NCBI RefSeq assembly: GCF_044704955.1
Contig: NC_091999.1
Coordinates: 10,230,001-10,294,000 of the forward strand
From: Pristiophorus japonicus
Taxonomy: Eukaryota
Direction: 5' to 3'
DNA length: 64,000 nt
A model generated the notes under the pieces. The model ran no database searches. It saw only the letters and a program-made list of their open reading frames with translations, and was not told the DNA's origin. A program made the translations under genes and the position numbers. Every line of letters begins with the position of its first letter. Positions within the stretch are counted from its first letter, which is position 1. Shown here piece after piece: positions 1-14,122 of this stretch.

Positions 1-127
1 ATTAAAGTGTATAATAATATTAGAAATAAAAATAACAAGAAAAATGAGACATAATCGTACAAAAACATCCATCGTTAATTCGAGAATTCCCTGCTTTCCC
101 ATGTTGCTGACTGTTTAGCTCACATCG

Positions 128-141
128 CCACCAGAGGGAGC
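128..141 (+). promoter_or_regulatory. CTCF-motif match CCACCAGAGGGAGC
   Basis: Near-consensus CTCF core; a degraded paralogous copy (CCACCAGAGAGAGC) lies at ~29491. Confidence 0.5.
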
Positions 142-309
142 TCTGGCATGTGCCTGCGGCTTCACTGCAGAAAGTCAATCGCAAGATCACAAGGTCATGG
201 CGAATGAGGAACGCCATTTGTCTGATCACAATCTTCCAGAAACTCGACACCCTAAAATATGCTTTATTTGTTAAGTGAGGGGCTTACAAATCTTGATATG
301 AAATGTGAT

Positions 310-703
310 TCGCAAATAAATCAAAGAAAGTTAACATGCAGTTAAAGCAAGCCCTTTGAAAGACAAATGGTATATTAACCTTTATTGCACGGCGTTAGAG
401 AATAAAGGTTAGGAAGTCTTGTTGCAATTAAATTGAGTTTTCGTGACACCACACGAGGAGTATTGTGTTCAGTTTTGTTCTTCTTATCACAGGAAGGATG
501 TACTTGCCATACAGTCAACGAAGGTTCCCTAGTTTTATTCCTGAAAAGAAAAGGTTCCTCTATGAGGAGAGATTTCGTGGAATCGGTCTACATTCTCTGC
601 CATTTTGAAGTTTAAGAGGTGATCTCATTGAAAGGTATGAACCTTTTAGAGATCTTGGCAGGACAGCGGCTGAGAGGCTGTTTCCCCTGTCTGGAGAATC
701 TCG
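310..703 (+). mobile_element. Old degenerate CR1 LINE 3' RT fragment
   Basis: Decayed CR1 ORF2 C-terminal sequence; interrupted by a younger CR1; paralog at 29680-30075. Confidence 0.7.
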
Positions 704-3040
704 AACATAAGAACATAAGAACATAAGAATTGGGAACAGGAGTAGGCCATCTAGCCCCTCGAGCCTGCTCCGCCATTCAATAAGATCATGGCTGATCTGG
801 TTGTGGACTCAGCTCCACTTACCCGCCCTCTCCCCGTAACCCTTAATTCCCTTATTGCTTAAAAATCTATCGATCTTTGACTTGAAAACATTCAATGAGC
901 CAGACTCAACTGCTTCCTTGGGCAGAGAATTCCACAGATTCACAACCCTCTGGGAGAAGAAATTCTTTCTCAACTCAGTTTTAAATTGGCTCCTCCGTAT
1001 TTTGAGGCTGTGCCCCCGAGTTCTAGTCTCCCCCACCAATGGAAACAACCTCTCTGCCTCAATCTTGTCTATCCCTTTTATGATTTTAAATGTTCTATAT
1101 GATCACCCCTCATCCTTCTGAAGTCCAATGAGTAAAGACCCAGTCTACTCAATCTATCATCATAAGTTAACCCCCTCATTTCTCGAATCAACTTAGTGAA
1201 TCGTCTCTGTACCCCTTCCAAAGCTAGTATATCCTTCCTTAAGTAAGGTGACCAAAACTGCACGCAGTACTCCAGGTGCGGCCTTACCAATACCTTATAC
1301 AGTTGCAGCAACACCTCCCTGCTTTTTACTCCATCCCTTTCGTAATGAGGGCCAACATTCAATTTGCCTTCCTGATTAACTGCTGCACCTGCAAACTAAC
1401 CTTTTGGGATTCATGCACAAGAACCCCCAGGTCCCTCTGCACCACAGCATGTTGTAATTTCTCCCCATTGAAATAATATTCCCTTTTACTGTTTTTTTTC
1501 CCAAGGTGGATGACCTCACACTTTCCGACATTGTATTCCATCTGCCAAACCTTAGCCCATTCGCTTAACCTATCCAAATCTCCTTGCAGCCTCTCTGAGT
1601 CCTCTACACAACCCGCTTATCCTCTAATCTTAGTGTCATCTGCAAATTTTGTTGCACTACACTCTGTCCGCTCCTCTAGGTCATCTATGTATATTCTAAA
1701 CAGTTGTGGTCCCAGCACTGATCCCTGTGGCACACCACTAACCACTGATTTCTAACCGGAAAAAGACCCATTTATCCCGACTCTCTGCCTTCTGTTCGCC
1801 AGCCAATTCGCTATCCATGAAAATACATTTCCTCTGACTCCGCGTACCTTTATCTTCTGCAGTAACCTTTTGTGTGGAACCTTATCGAATGCCTTTTGGA
1901 AATCTAAATACACCACATCCATCGGTACACCTCTATCCACCATGCTCGTTATATCTTCAAAGAATTCAAGTAAGTTCGTTAAACATGATTTTCCTTTCAT
2001 GAATCCATGCTGCGTCTGCTTGATTGCACTATTCCTATCCAGATGTCCCGCTATTTCTTCCTAACTGATAGGTTTCAAGCATTTTCCCCACTACAGATGT
2101 TAAACTAACCGGCCTATAGTTACCTGCCTTTTGCCTGCCCCCTTTTTTAAACAGAGGCGTTACATTAGCTGCTTTCCAATCCGCTGGTACCTCCCCAGAG
2201 TCCAGAGAGTTTTGGTAGATTATAACAAATGCATCTGCTATAACTTCCGCCATCTCTTTTAATACCCTGGGATGCATTTCATCAGGACCAGGGGACTTGT
2301 CTACCTTCAATCCCATTAGTCTGTCCAGCACTACCTCCCTAGTGATAGTGATCATCTCAAAGTCCTCCATTCCCACATTCCTATGACCAGCAATTTTTGG
2401 CATGGTTTTTGAATCTTCCACTGTGAAGACGGAAGCAAAATAATTGTTTAAGATCTCAGCCATTTCCACATTTCCCATTATTAAATCCCCCTTTTCATCT
2501 TCTAAGGGACCAACATTTACTTTAGTCACTCTTTTCCGTTTTATATATCTGTAAAAGCTTTTACTATCTGTTTTTATGTTTTGTGCAAGTTTATCTTCGT
2601 AATCTATCTTCCCTTTCTTTATTGCTTTTGTAGTCATTCTTTGCTGTTGCTTAAAATCTTCCCAATCGTCTAGTTTCCCACTAACCTTGGCCACTTTATA
2701 CGCATTGGTCTTTGATTTGATACTTTCCTTTATTTCCGTGGTTATCCACGGCTGGTTATCTCTTCTCTTGCCGCCCTTCTTTTTCACTGGAATATATTTA
2801 TGTTGCGCATTATGAAAGAGCTCCTTAAAAGTGCTCCACTGTTCCTCAATTGTGCCACCGTTTAGTCCTTGTTTCCAGTCTACTTTAGCCAACTCTGCCC
2901 TCATCCCACTGTAGTCTCCTTTGTTTAAGCATAGTACTCTCGTTTCTGACACAACTTCCTCATCCTCAATCTGTATTACAAATTCAACCATATTGAGATC
3001 ACTCATTCCGAGAGGATCTTTTACGAGGAGATCGTTTATT
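704..3040 (-). mobile_element. CR1 LINE, 5'-truncated ORF2 (RT)
   Basis: ORFs 2035-3120, 1752-2000 and 1078-1362 carry KSPGPD, NYRPVSLTS, YLDFQKAFDKV and RPHLEYC motifs; (AACATAAG)3 tail at 704-728. Confidence 0.95.
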
Positions 3041-3069
3041 TTTCTAAGGTTTGTAAGAACTGAGATCAT

Positions 3070-3875
3070 AATAAATATGAACAGGAAAAGGCCATTCGGC
3101 CCCTCGAGCCTGCTCTGCAATTCAATAAGATCATGACTGATCTGAGCAGGGGCTCAGCTCCACTTTCCTGCCTGGCTCCCATAACCCTTTATGCCCGTTT
3201 CGCCCAAAAATCTGTCTCTCTCTGCCTTAAATATATTCAATGGCCCAGCCTCCACGGCTCTCTGGGGCAGAGAATTCCACAGATTTACAACACCCTGTGA
3301 GAACAAATTCCACCTCATCTCATGGGCGAGCCCTTATTCTGGAACTATGCCCCCGAATTCGAGATTCCTGCATGAGTGGAAACATCCTCTCTGCATATAA
3401 CTTGTCGAGCCCCCTCGTTATCTTCTACGTTTCAAGAAGATCATCTCTCATTATTTGAATTCCAATGTGTATTAGCCCAACCTACTCACTCTTTCTTCAT
3501 AAGTCAACCCCTTTATCTCAGGAATCTCGTGAACCTTGTCTGAACTGCCTCCAATGCAAGTATATCCCTCCATAAATAAGGCGACCAACAATGTATGTAG
3601 TGCTCTAGTTAGGTGTGGCCTCACCAATAACCTGTGCAGTTGTAGCTGGACTTCTCTGCTTTTATACTCCAACCCTTTGCAATAAAGGCCAACGTTCCAT
3701 TTGCCTTCCTGATCACTTGCTGTACCTGCATACTAACCGTTTATGTTTCATGCACAAGGACCCCCAGGTCCCTCTGTACAGCAGTGTTTTGTAATTTTCT
3801 CCATTTAAATAAAAATTTGCTTGTTAATTATTTCTGCCAATGTCGACAACCTCTCACGTTCTCATATTATACTGC
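3070..3875 (-). mobile_element. CR1 LINE 3' fragment
   Basis: MEYKSREVQLQLHRLLVRPHL; CR1 3' UTR. Confidence 0.85.
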
Positions 3876-3889
3876 ATAATCTCAGGTCC

Positions 3890-6850
3890 TCGTGGATCCG
3901 GGAACAGTATCCTCGCAAGGGTGGCGGGGTTGCTCGTGCTGATGGGGAGGGTTTAAACAAGCTTGGCCGGGGGATGCGAACCTGAGAGTCGATTCGGAAT
4001 AGAGATAAGCAACGCTGGAATTGAATAGCAGCAAATTTTAAAGTGAATTTGAAGGCAGAGGAAACAAAGACTGGAAAATAAACCGAGTTTTCCAGTGCTC
4101 AAGGATGTATAGTCAAAGCAACGAGTGTACAGAATAATGCATTTGAGATGACAGCACAGATAGACACTTGAAGTATGATATTATAGCTATTACTGTTACA
4201 TGGCTGAAAGAAGGGCAGATATTTCAGCTCAACATTCCTGGTTCTGCATTTCCAGACGGGAACGAAATGGGGATAAATATGAGGAGGGTTTGCAGCATTG
4301 ATTAACCAAACAATTACAGCTGCGAGGAGGGATGATATGCTAATAGGATCAAAAATAGGGCCATATGGGCTGAATTTAAGAGAACAAATGGGCGATCACA
4401 CTGCTGGGAGTGCACCATAGATCCGCAAACAGTAAGAGAGAGATAGCAAATGTGCAGGTACATTTCTGGATCCTGCAAAAACTATAGGGCAGTAATAGTA
4501 GGGTACTTCTACTACCCTAATATTAACTGGGATAGAATAAGTATGAAAGGTATAGAGGGTGCAGATTTGCTAAAATGCATTCAGGAGAGTTTTTTTTAGC
4601 CAGTGTGTAGTACGCCCAGGAAGGGAGGGTTATGCACTTAATTTTAGGTGGAAGGGATATCAGTGGAAGAGCATTTTTGTGCTTTGATAATAATTCAGGT
4701 ATATTTATGGTCGCTATTGAAATGAACAAATGCAGAGCAGGAATTACAGTTCTTAATTGGGGGAAAGCCAAAGTGGACTGGAAACAGCTACTTGAAGGTA
4801 AATCATTGTTAGAGCAGGGAGAGGCATTCAAGGTGGAGATCCTGAGAGTTCAGAATAAGTTTGTTCCCTGAAAGAAAAAGGGTGGGACTAACAAATCTGG
4901 AGCACCCAAGATGTCAAGCGGAATATAGAGTAGGATAAAAAAGGGATATTTATGACAGATACCGAACGCTCAATCGTGCAGAAACTCTGGAGGAGTATAG
5001 AAAGTGCAGGGGTGAAATTAAAAAGGAAATTAGGAAAGCAAAGAGAGAGCATGAGAAAAAGATTGGCAAGGAAATGCCAAATATGTTTTATAAATATATT
5101 AAGAGCAAGAGGATAACTAAAGTGTAGGGCCTATTAGAGACCGTAAAGGTAATCTGAGCATGGAGGCAGAAGACGTGGTATTGTTCTTAATGAATACTTT
5201 GCGTCTATTTTCACAACATAGGTGGGCGAAATAGACATTATAATCTGGGAGGGCGAGTGTGAAATATTAGCTGAAAACATCATAGCGGGAGAGGAATTGT
5301 TAAAAGGTTTAGCAACTTTGTGAATGGATGAATGCCCAGGCCCGGATAAAATGTATCCCAGACTGTTAAGAGAAGCAAATGATGAAATAGCAGAGGCTCT
5401 GACCATCATTTTCCTAACCTCTCTGTCTACATGAGTTGTGCCAGAGGACTGGTGGACTGCTGATTGTGTACTTTTCTTTAAAAAGGGAAAAAGCGACAGA
5501 CGGAATAATTACAGGACAATAAGCCTGACCGCGGTGGTGGGACAATTATTGGAACAAGCTTTGAGGGAAAGGATAATTTTTCTTGGAGAACTCAAGGACA
5601 GTCAGGGTGAGTTTGTTAAGGGAAGATCGTGTCTGACTGACAAGATTTAGTGTTTTGAAGAGCTACCAAGGAGAGTCGATAAGGTTAATACTTTTGGTGT
5701 AGTGTATATGGATTGAGGCAAGGCTTTTGATAAAGTCCCACGTGGCAGTATTGTCACGAAAGGAAACGCCCATATGATCCAAGCCAAAGTGGCAAGTTGG
5801 ATCCAAGTTTGGCTCAGAGGCAGGAAACAAACGGTAGTGCTCGTTTGGTGTTTTCTGTGACTGAAAGGCTGTTTCCAGTAGGGTTCCACAGGGGTCAGTA
5901 GTAGGTCTCTTGCTTTATGTGATATACATCAATGATTACGATTTGAATGTAGGGGGTATGATTAAGAAGGATGCAGATGATACAAAAGATTGTGAGTGTG
6001 ATTGATAATGAAGAAGAAACGTGTAAACTGCAGGAATATATCAATAAACTGATCAGGTGGACACTACAGTGGAAAATGGACTTCAAACCTGAGAAGCATG
6101 AACTAAGAAATTTGGGGAGGGCTAACAAGGCAAGGGTATACACATTAAATTGTAGGAGTCTGAGAAGTGTAGAGAACCATAGGGACCATGGGGTGCATGT
6201 CCACAGATACCTGAAATAGGAGCCCAAAACCAAAAGGATGTTAACAGGCATACAGTATAGTGCAGGGAGGTTATGCATGAACCTTATAAAACACTAGTTA
6301 GGCCACAGCTAGAATACTGCGTACAGTTGTAGTCTGTTCACCACATGACAGGAACGTGATTGCACTTGAAAAGGTACAGAGGAGATTTTCGAGGATGCTG
6401 CGTGGACTTGAGAATTTTAGCTATCAGAAAAGATTGGATAGGCTGGGTTTGATTTCTTTGGAGAATGGAGGTTGAGGGGAGACCTTTTTGAAGTGTATAC
6501 AATTATGGGACCTCGATAGTGTGATTAGGCGCACCTATTTTGCTTCGAAGGGCCAACAACCAGGAAGCAGAGATTTAACGTAATTGGCAGAAGGTTTAAA
6601 GGGAATTTGAAGGGAAATGTTTTCATCCAGTTGTGATGATGGTTTGGAACTCACTGCCTGAAAGGGGGTAGAGGCAGAAACCCTCATCGCACTTCAAAAC
6701 TACTTGGATGTGCATTTGAATTTCCACAACCTCAAGGCTACAGACCAGGAGCTGGAAAGTGGATTAATGCCGGATAGCTCTTTTTCAGCCTGTGTAATAG
6801 GCCGAAATGGCCTCTTTCCGTGCTGTAAATTTCTATGATTCTATGATAAT
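3890..6850 (+). mobile_element. Degenerate CR1 LINE (endonuclease and RT remnants)
   Basis: Broken EN/RT motifs (NYRTISLT, KGRSCLT); (ATTCTATG)n tail near 6830-6847. Confidence 0.85.
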
Positions 6851-6864
6851 CGCTCGGCCATGTA

Positions 6865-7125
6865 GGTCTGTGGTGAGGAGCAATTTCTTCATTTAGTAGT
6901 TTTTGAACCTTTGGAGTTCACTACCTAAAGATCTGTGACTGCTGAATGGTGGAGTATGTTCAAGATTGTGATCTATGGATTATTGGGTCCTAATGGAATC
7001 AAGGGATATGGGATTTGGTGGGAAAGTTGATTTGATGTGCAAGTTCAGCCATGATCTTCTTGAATGGAGGAGCTGGCTCGATGGGAGGTGTGGTCGACCA
7101 GTGTTCCTATTTCTTATGTTCTCAC
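6865..7125 (+). mobile_element. CR1 3' end fragment
   Basis: Similar to the 3' UTRs of other CR1 copies in the window. Confidence 0.6.
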
Positions 7126-7349
7126 TAAAGTAATTGCATGCTTATGGATTCCTCCAACTTTTACCAGAGCCCTTTCCAACTGTTTATCTCGTGATCTCTT
7201 CCTGAATTTCTCGATCTGTGTTTCTCGCCCTATTTCTCCCTCAATCTTTTTCACTGTATCTATATCTATGTCTCCGTCTCTCAGTTAATTACAGATTTGA
7301 AAAGCAAATGAGACGACCTGACCTCACGTACTGCAATCTTTCAAGAAGG

Positions 7350-7430
7350 CAGCTCATCACTAACTTCTCAAGGGCAATTAGGAATGAGCAACAAGTGCTG
7401 GCATTGACATCGACGACCCGGTCCCGTGAG
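7350..7430 (+). mobile_element. L2/SINE-type 3' tail
   Basis: GGGCAATTAGGAATGAGCAACAAGTGCTGGC... motif; related copies at 34455-34545 and 43080-43155. Confidence 0.5.
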
Positions 7431-8121
7431 AGAGTGTTTCTATGCAGTGAAAATATCCAGTGTTTTTTGGGGATTCCATTCGCAGGAGATTACATTCAAT
7501 TAGTTGACGGTTACTGTTATAGAAGGCAAGAGTAATCAATGCTCTGTAGCTATTGGAAACAGCGCATGTCACCTGTATCCCGGCCCTGTCGCAACAACAT
7601 ATCTGAAACCTTACCCGGTTCACTTAAAGCCCTGCACATCCAAAACTCATTTTATGAGCTCTATTTGAATGGTGGAGAAATACTGGTGTTATCCCACATA
7701 ATCTTCTCAGTCCCATCAGATATAATTGATCTCCATCCTTTTTTGCCCCCACAGTTGTCACAACCACGTCCCAGAGGGAGATAGGTCAGTGCTTAATAGA
7801 CAGGGGAGGCCACTGCTCTCTGTTTGCGTGGAGTTACTTTAATTAACCACTGGTACTACATGAGTTAACGATAAACTTGGCAGCTATTGTTCAAGACAAT
7901 AAATGATAAACTGAGCAACCAGAGGGCGTGTTAATTGGTATAAAGCATCCGCACTTGCATTCTTCTCTGGCCCTCAGTGAGGATATAACAAAGAATTATC
8001 ATCATACCTGAAAATGTTATCATCGATTGCACATCAGAATATCCCCGAAGTAATTGAGTTTCCAATAATATTCTCAATCCACGAGGATAAACTCGAAACG
8101 TGCATAAACCTGGAAAGCGGC

Positions 8122-8538
8122 ATGAAAGAAATTGTTGCTTTCTCTTTTTTGATTTCAGGTAAGTGTTTTGTGCTTTCGCTGTTGAAATATATTTATTGCT
8201 GCTAATTTTCCACCTCCTTTCTATCAGCAGTTATCAGCGGCGAGGCTGTGATCCATCAACCACAGCAGGTGTTTGCACATGAGGGAGAGTCGATTGAAAT
8301 CCAATGCAATGCAAGCACCAGCGGCAGTGAGCGTATCATCTGGTACAGACAACTACAGAAACATGGCCTGAAATGCATCCGATCTGCTATTCAGGGCAAC
8401 ACCACTGATAGACGATTCAGACAATTCATTGCCCCAACAAGAAGTTAGAGCATTCTCGGTGTGCATATAACTGCGGTTGCAGACGCTGGATCAGTTAGGC
8501 ACCGTGAAACAAAGTCTGAGCGCTCCAGTACAATTACT
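8122..8538 (+). pseudogene. TCR V pseudogene (F1)
   Basis: Leader MKEIVAFSFLIS 8122-8158, intron, V exon from 8231 (IQCNAS...WYRQ); stop at 8446; YYC deleted; RSS CACCGTG(8500)-23-ACAATTACT. Confidence 0.9.
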
Positions 8539-9077
8539 CCTGCTGGTTTCTATTAGATAATCGCTACATCGCTCATCTCCTCTGTTGCCATGCTGCTGGT
8601 TTTGACTGCTCAGTGAGGTAAATTTCCACAGTTTCCCATCCTCCTGTAAGGAAAAGATTAATCAGACTATGCTGAATGCGTTGACTACTTTGTGTGGTGG
8701 AGTAACACAGGCATGTGTGATGTAAGGTATGGGTGATATTGAGATTGAATCAGTTACAAACACCCAGCGCCAGGAATGTCCCGTTAGCGAGTCACTATCA
8801 GAAAGTGTTGAGGTTCATCTCACTGCCCTCCATAAGGAATAGAGAAACTCGTTGGTTCTGACCACAGACGTGTCCGGATATGAACTGCAGATGAAAAATA
8901 TACATTTCCAGCCAATCCAAGAACAGCAAATCCACGTGACTGAGACTTTAACAGGGAGGCGCTGTCTTTACTCAGCCGCCTGTTCAATATCTTCACTCGG
9001 TTTGGGCTCTTGTGATGCGAGCTGTGTGCCGCTTACTTCTTGACATTGTAATTGCCAGGATGTATTATTTGGTACAA

Positions 9078-9487
9078 ATGAAAATATTCCCCGTTATTCT
9101 GCTGCAGCTAACATGTAGGTACAGGAGCTGAGCTCAATATCCCGTAGTGTTTTTTCAGTCAAGTTGCTCCAGTGTTTTATTATCTCAATGTTTTTACAGA
9201 TCGGTGTCTCTCGGACCAAGTGCTGCAGTCTCCCGCTGTCGTAAGAGCCCGGATCGGTGATTCACTGCAAATTAACTGCAGCTATGACACTCCCAGCTTT
9301 TACGCCATGCACTGGTACAAACAGAAATCCAGTCAGGGAATCGAGTGGGTAATAAGACGGGCATCGGCTGGCAGGGAAAGAAGGGATCGATTTGAAATGG
9401 ATCTTTATACTGCAGAGAAACGCGGCCAATTGATCATTACAAGCACGGAGAGCTCGGATACCGCTGTGTATTACTGTGCGATAGACT
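9078..9487 (+). CDS. TRAV: Intact TCR alpha/delta V segment (F2); leader 9078-9114, V exon 9200-9487
   Basis: MKIFPVILLQLT/YRCLSDQVLQSP...INC...WYKQ...DTAVYYCAID; GT-AG phase-1 intron; C23, W41 and C104 present. Confidence 0.9.
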
Positions 9488-9526
9488 CACACTGATACGA
9501 ATTGCTGCAGTCTCTGTACAAATACC
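9488..9526 (+). other. 23-RSS
   Basis: CACACTG-23bp-ACAAATACC. Confidence 0.92.
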
Positions 9527-10029
9527 TTCCTTTTGTTTACAGTCCCGCAACAGCTGCAGCAATCTCTGTAATGATGCAGGCAGGCAAAGTGGGTCAGAGG
9601 GAGAGCAGCAGATGGAAGCTGTGGGCGCGCCTGCCGCAGGCAGTGTGTCTGCAAGGGTTGTCCCTACAATTTCCGTTCAACAGCGGGTTTCATCAGAGAT
9701 ATTGACAGTCACAACATAAAGTATCGCTATGTGGAGCCAGTCACACAATGGGTGCAGTCTTTGGTGTGTGGGATGCATCAGCATTGCCAAATAGTTGGAT
9801 TATATTCACTGGGCTCGAAACGCTCACACTTATTGCTTTTCATTTTGTGCCATTGTGTGACCATACATCGAGAACATTCGATTCATTCTCCTGCAACATT
9901 CATGTTCAGACTGAACTCTCCGCTCTGTGCGGTAGGTTTGCTCTTGTCGATATTTCGAATGAAATAGTCAACGCATTCAAAAAGATTCAGAGTGTGATTA
10001 GTGAAAACAAATTTCAGCTAATATTTACG

Positions 10030-10290
10030 CATAGAACAGGGGAAACCTTCCCCTATGTGACCCCAGCAGAAGATTAATGGAACCAGAACCCGCGTCAATC
10101 ACCACAGACTGATTGGTGACTGTGAGTGAAATAAACTGAACATCTACCTTTATTTCAGGCCGATATATTGCCAGATCGAGATAATATCAGACCGCCATCA
10201 TCCGAATGTGTTGCAAAGTGTTCCGGAGGGGAACATGACCCCTCCCCCAAATACATGCTGAAACGGTTCTACATCAGCCTGAACTTAACA
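10030..10290 (-). pseudogene. Highly degenerate V relic
   Basis: Paralog of the 16605-16860 relic; SLTVTNQS-like E strand. Confidence 0.35.
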
Positions 10291-10355
10291 TGGGGCGCCA
10301 TTCCGCTGTGCTGATATCAATAACATGGGATGAAATATGGTGGTTATTGAGATGG

Positions 10356-12395
10356 ACATAGAAACATAGAAACATAGAAAATAGGTGCAGGAGTAGGCCA
10401 TTCGGTCCTTGTGGCCTGCACCGCCATTCAATGAGTTCATGGCTGAACATGCAAATTCGGTACCCCATTCCTGCTTTCTCGCCATACCCCTTGATCCCCT
10501 TGTAGTAAGGACTTCACCAAACTCCTTTTTGAATATATTTAGTCAATTGGCCTCAACAACTTTCTGTGGTAGAGAATTCCACAGGTTCGCCACTCTCTGA
10601 GTGAAGAAGTTTCTCCTCATCTCGGTCCTAAATGGCTTACCCCTTATCCATAGACTGTGACCCCTGGTTCTGGACTTCCCCAACATTGGGAACATTCTTC
10701 CTGCATCTAACCTGTCTAAACCCATCAGAATTTTAAACGTTTCTATGAGGTCCTCTCTCATTCTTCAGAACTCCAGTGAATACAAGCCCAGTTGATGCAG
10801 TCTTTCTTGAAATGTCAGTCCCGCCATCCCAGGAATCAGTCTGGTGAACCTTCGCTGCACTCCCTCAATAGCAAGAATGTCCTTCCTCAGGTTAGGAGAC
10901 CAAAACTGTATTCCACGTGTGGCCTCACCAAGGCCCTGTACAACTGTAGCAACACCTCCCTGCCCCTGTACTCAAATCCCCTCTCTATGAAGGCCAACAT
11001 GCCATTTGCTTTCTTAACCACCTGCTTTACCTGCATGCCAACTTTCAATGACTGATGTACCATGACACCCAGCTCACGTTGCATCTACCCTTTTCCTAAT
11101 CTGTCACCATTCAGATAATAGTCTGTCTCTCTGTTTTTACCACCAAAGTGGATATCCACATTATACTTCATCTGCCATGCATTTACCCACTCACCTAACC
11201 TATTCAAGTCGCTCTGCAGCCTCATAGCATCCTCCTCGCAGCTCACACTGCCACCCAACTTAGTTTCATCCGCAAATTTGGAGATACTACATTTAATCCC
11301 CTCGTCTAAATCATTAATGTACAGTGTAAACAGCTGGGGCCCCAGCACAGCACCTTGCGGTACCCCACTACTCATTGCCTGCCATTCTGAAAAGTACCCA
11401 TTTACTCCTACTCTTTGCTTCCTGTCTGACAACCAGTTCTCAATCCATATCAGCACACAACCCCCAATCCCATTTGTTTTAACTCTGCACATTAAGCTCT
11501 TGTGTGGGACCTTGTCGAAAGCCTTCTGAAAGTCCAAATATACCACATCAACTGGTTTTCCCTTGTCCACTCTACTGGAAACATCCTCAAAAAATTCCAG
11601 AACGTTTGTCAAGCATGATTTCCCTTTCACAAATCCATGCTGACTTGGACCTATCATGTCACCTCTTTCCAAATGCGCTGCTATGACATCCTTAATAATT
11701 GATTCCATCATTTTATCCACTACCGATGTCAGGCTTACTGGTCTATAATTCCCTGTTTTCTCTCTACATCCTTTTGTAAAAAGTGGGGTTACATTGGCTA
11801 CCCTCCACTCGATAGGAACTGATCCAGAATCAATGGAATGTTGCAAAATGACTGTCAATGTGTTCGCTATTTCCAAGGCCACCTCCTTAAGTACTCTGGG
11901 ATGCAGTCCATCAGGCCCTGGGGATTTATCGGCCTTAAATCCCATCAATTTCCCTTGCACAATTTCCCGACTAATAAGGATTTCCCTCAGTTCCTCCTCC
12001 TTACTAGACCCTCTGACCGCTTTTATATCCAGAAAGTTGTTTGTGTCCTCCTTAGTGAATACCGAACCAAAGTACTTGTTCAATTGATCCGCCATTTCTT
12101 TGTTCCCCGTTATGACTTCCCCTGATTCTGACTGCAGGTGACCTACGTTTGTCTTTGCTAACCTTTTTCTCTTTACATATCGATAGAAACTTTTGCAATC
12201 CGTCTTAATGTTCCCTGCAAGCTTCTTCTCGTCCTCCATTTTCCCTAATCAAACCCTTTGTCCTCCTCTGCTGAGTTCTAAATTTCTCCCAGTCCCCGGG
12301 TTCGCAGTTATTTCTGGCCAATTTGTATGCCTCTTCCTTGGCTTTAATACTATCCCTGATTTCCCTTGATAGCCACGGTTGAGTCACCTTCCTTT
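10356..12395 (-). mobile_element. CR1 LINE, 5'-truncated (AAACATAG-tail subfamily)
   Basis: 384-aa RT ORF 11085-12239 (GVPQGAVLGP, FADE); tail at 10356-10380; absent from the paralogous site at ~16925. Confidence 0.95.
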
Positions 12396-13750
12396 TTTTT
12401 TTTAGCCGGGTTTCACTCCATCTCTATGCGTGTGTCCTTCATTCCAGCTTTCAACATTAAACGCATTTTTGCAAATGACAGCTTTACAAAACGAAAAATT
12501 CCTTCCATCTTATTTGCTTTAATATTTTCAATATCAGCAAATAATTCTAAAGTCTGGTAGGGAGATATTGTGACGATGAGTTGCAGACAATACAAGACGT
12601 GGAGTGGGAAGTCTTTGCTGAACTGCATGAACGTAAACACAGATTTAAACAGATTGCAAATGTTGATGAATTTAAAGGAATTGAAGCATCTAAGGAAGAA
12701 CATTAGGCCGTGTCCCGAGGGAGCAGCGAGATATATTTGAGCACATCGCACTCTCGTGGATATGATGAGAACTGTCAAGCTATTCAGATTTTGGATGAAA
12801 AAAAGACAGTGAGTGTATCACTTGAGCAGTTTGCAGTGCCCATTTATGGGGAGATGCGTTGCACTGATGGTAATGGTGAATGTCAAGCCTTGTAAATTAA
12901 AACTTATGTGGACAGAAATATTAATCAGATGAATAGGAGGTTGGAAATGTCAAAGTTTCCGCTGGAAAATTTGATCCTTTCTGATTTGCACAATAAACAA
13001 CAACCCTAAACCCGAAGTCACAGCAATTGACATCCATTTCCTTTCAGTTCAACTTGTGCCATATGCTTGTTATCTTTGTGCACAGGCTCTCGAGGGTCAG
13101 TATGTTTTTACTATCGCACTCCCCGATTCCAGCGCAAATTAGGTACATCCCAGGCCTGCCGCAAAAAGGCTCAAACTCTCTCCTGTTATTTTCAAGTGCT
13201 TCCATCCAAAACCAAATGCTGCCTTTACTCATTTTATGGTCTCTATTTGATTCGGGGAGACATACCAGCGTTAAGCTGACTGATCTTCTCAGTCCACATG
13301 AGACACAGTAGATATCCATCCTTTCTGTCCCCACTACTTTCCAAAACAACTCCCAGTTTCTGAATTGTCTGTGTCTGACACACTGACCCAGACAGTCCCC
13401 CATCAGCTGGAGCGGAGACCTTCATTCTCCTGTGCCTAGGGTGGGTTAGAACCCTGATCCCAGAGGATGAAAGTTCAATGTCTGACCCAATAGCCTACCA
13501 GTACTGCACGAGTTAATAGTAAACTTAACAGTTTTTGCTCAGGAGGTTAAATGAATAATGGCGATACCAGAAGGCATGTCAGTATGAATGAAGCGTCAGC
13601 ACTTGCATCGTTCCCTGACCTTCTAATGAAGATATACGGTATTGGTAGCATCATAACTGGTATTACCGATTACACGTCAGAATAACGCGGAATAATTCGA
13701 TTTTACAGCAGTATTCTTGATCCACCGTGCGCTGAAATCAGGAAAATGCT

Positions 13751-14122
13751 ATGAATGAAATTTAACTTTTCACTTTTTTGATATTAGGTGAGTGTTTTGT
13801 GTAGAAAAGCGTTAATCATTCAAATATATTTCTTTTCTCTAGTTTTCCATCTATTTTGTTTTGGCAGTTATGGACGGCGCGGCTGTGATCCACCAACCAC
13901 AGCAGATATTTGCACAAGGGCGAATCGATTGAAATCCAGTGCAATGCAAGCACCAGCGGCTCTGATGACAACGCCACTGACGGACGATTCGAACTCTTCA
14001 TTGACCCAACAAGGAGTTACAACAATTTCGGTATGGACAACAGCGTGGTCTCAGAAGCTGGAATTCATTAATGTGCAGTGAGGCACCATGAGACAAAAGC
14101 TGGGTGCTGCAATACATTATCT
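13751..14122 (+). pseudogene. TCR V pseudogene (F1), internal deletion
   Basis: Leader with stop; V lacks the FR2 region; RSS CACCATG(14084)-23-ACATTATCT. Confidence 0.85.
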
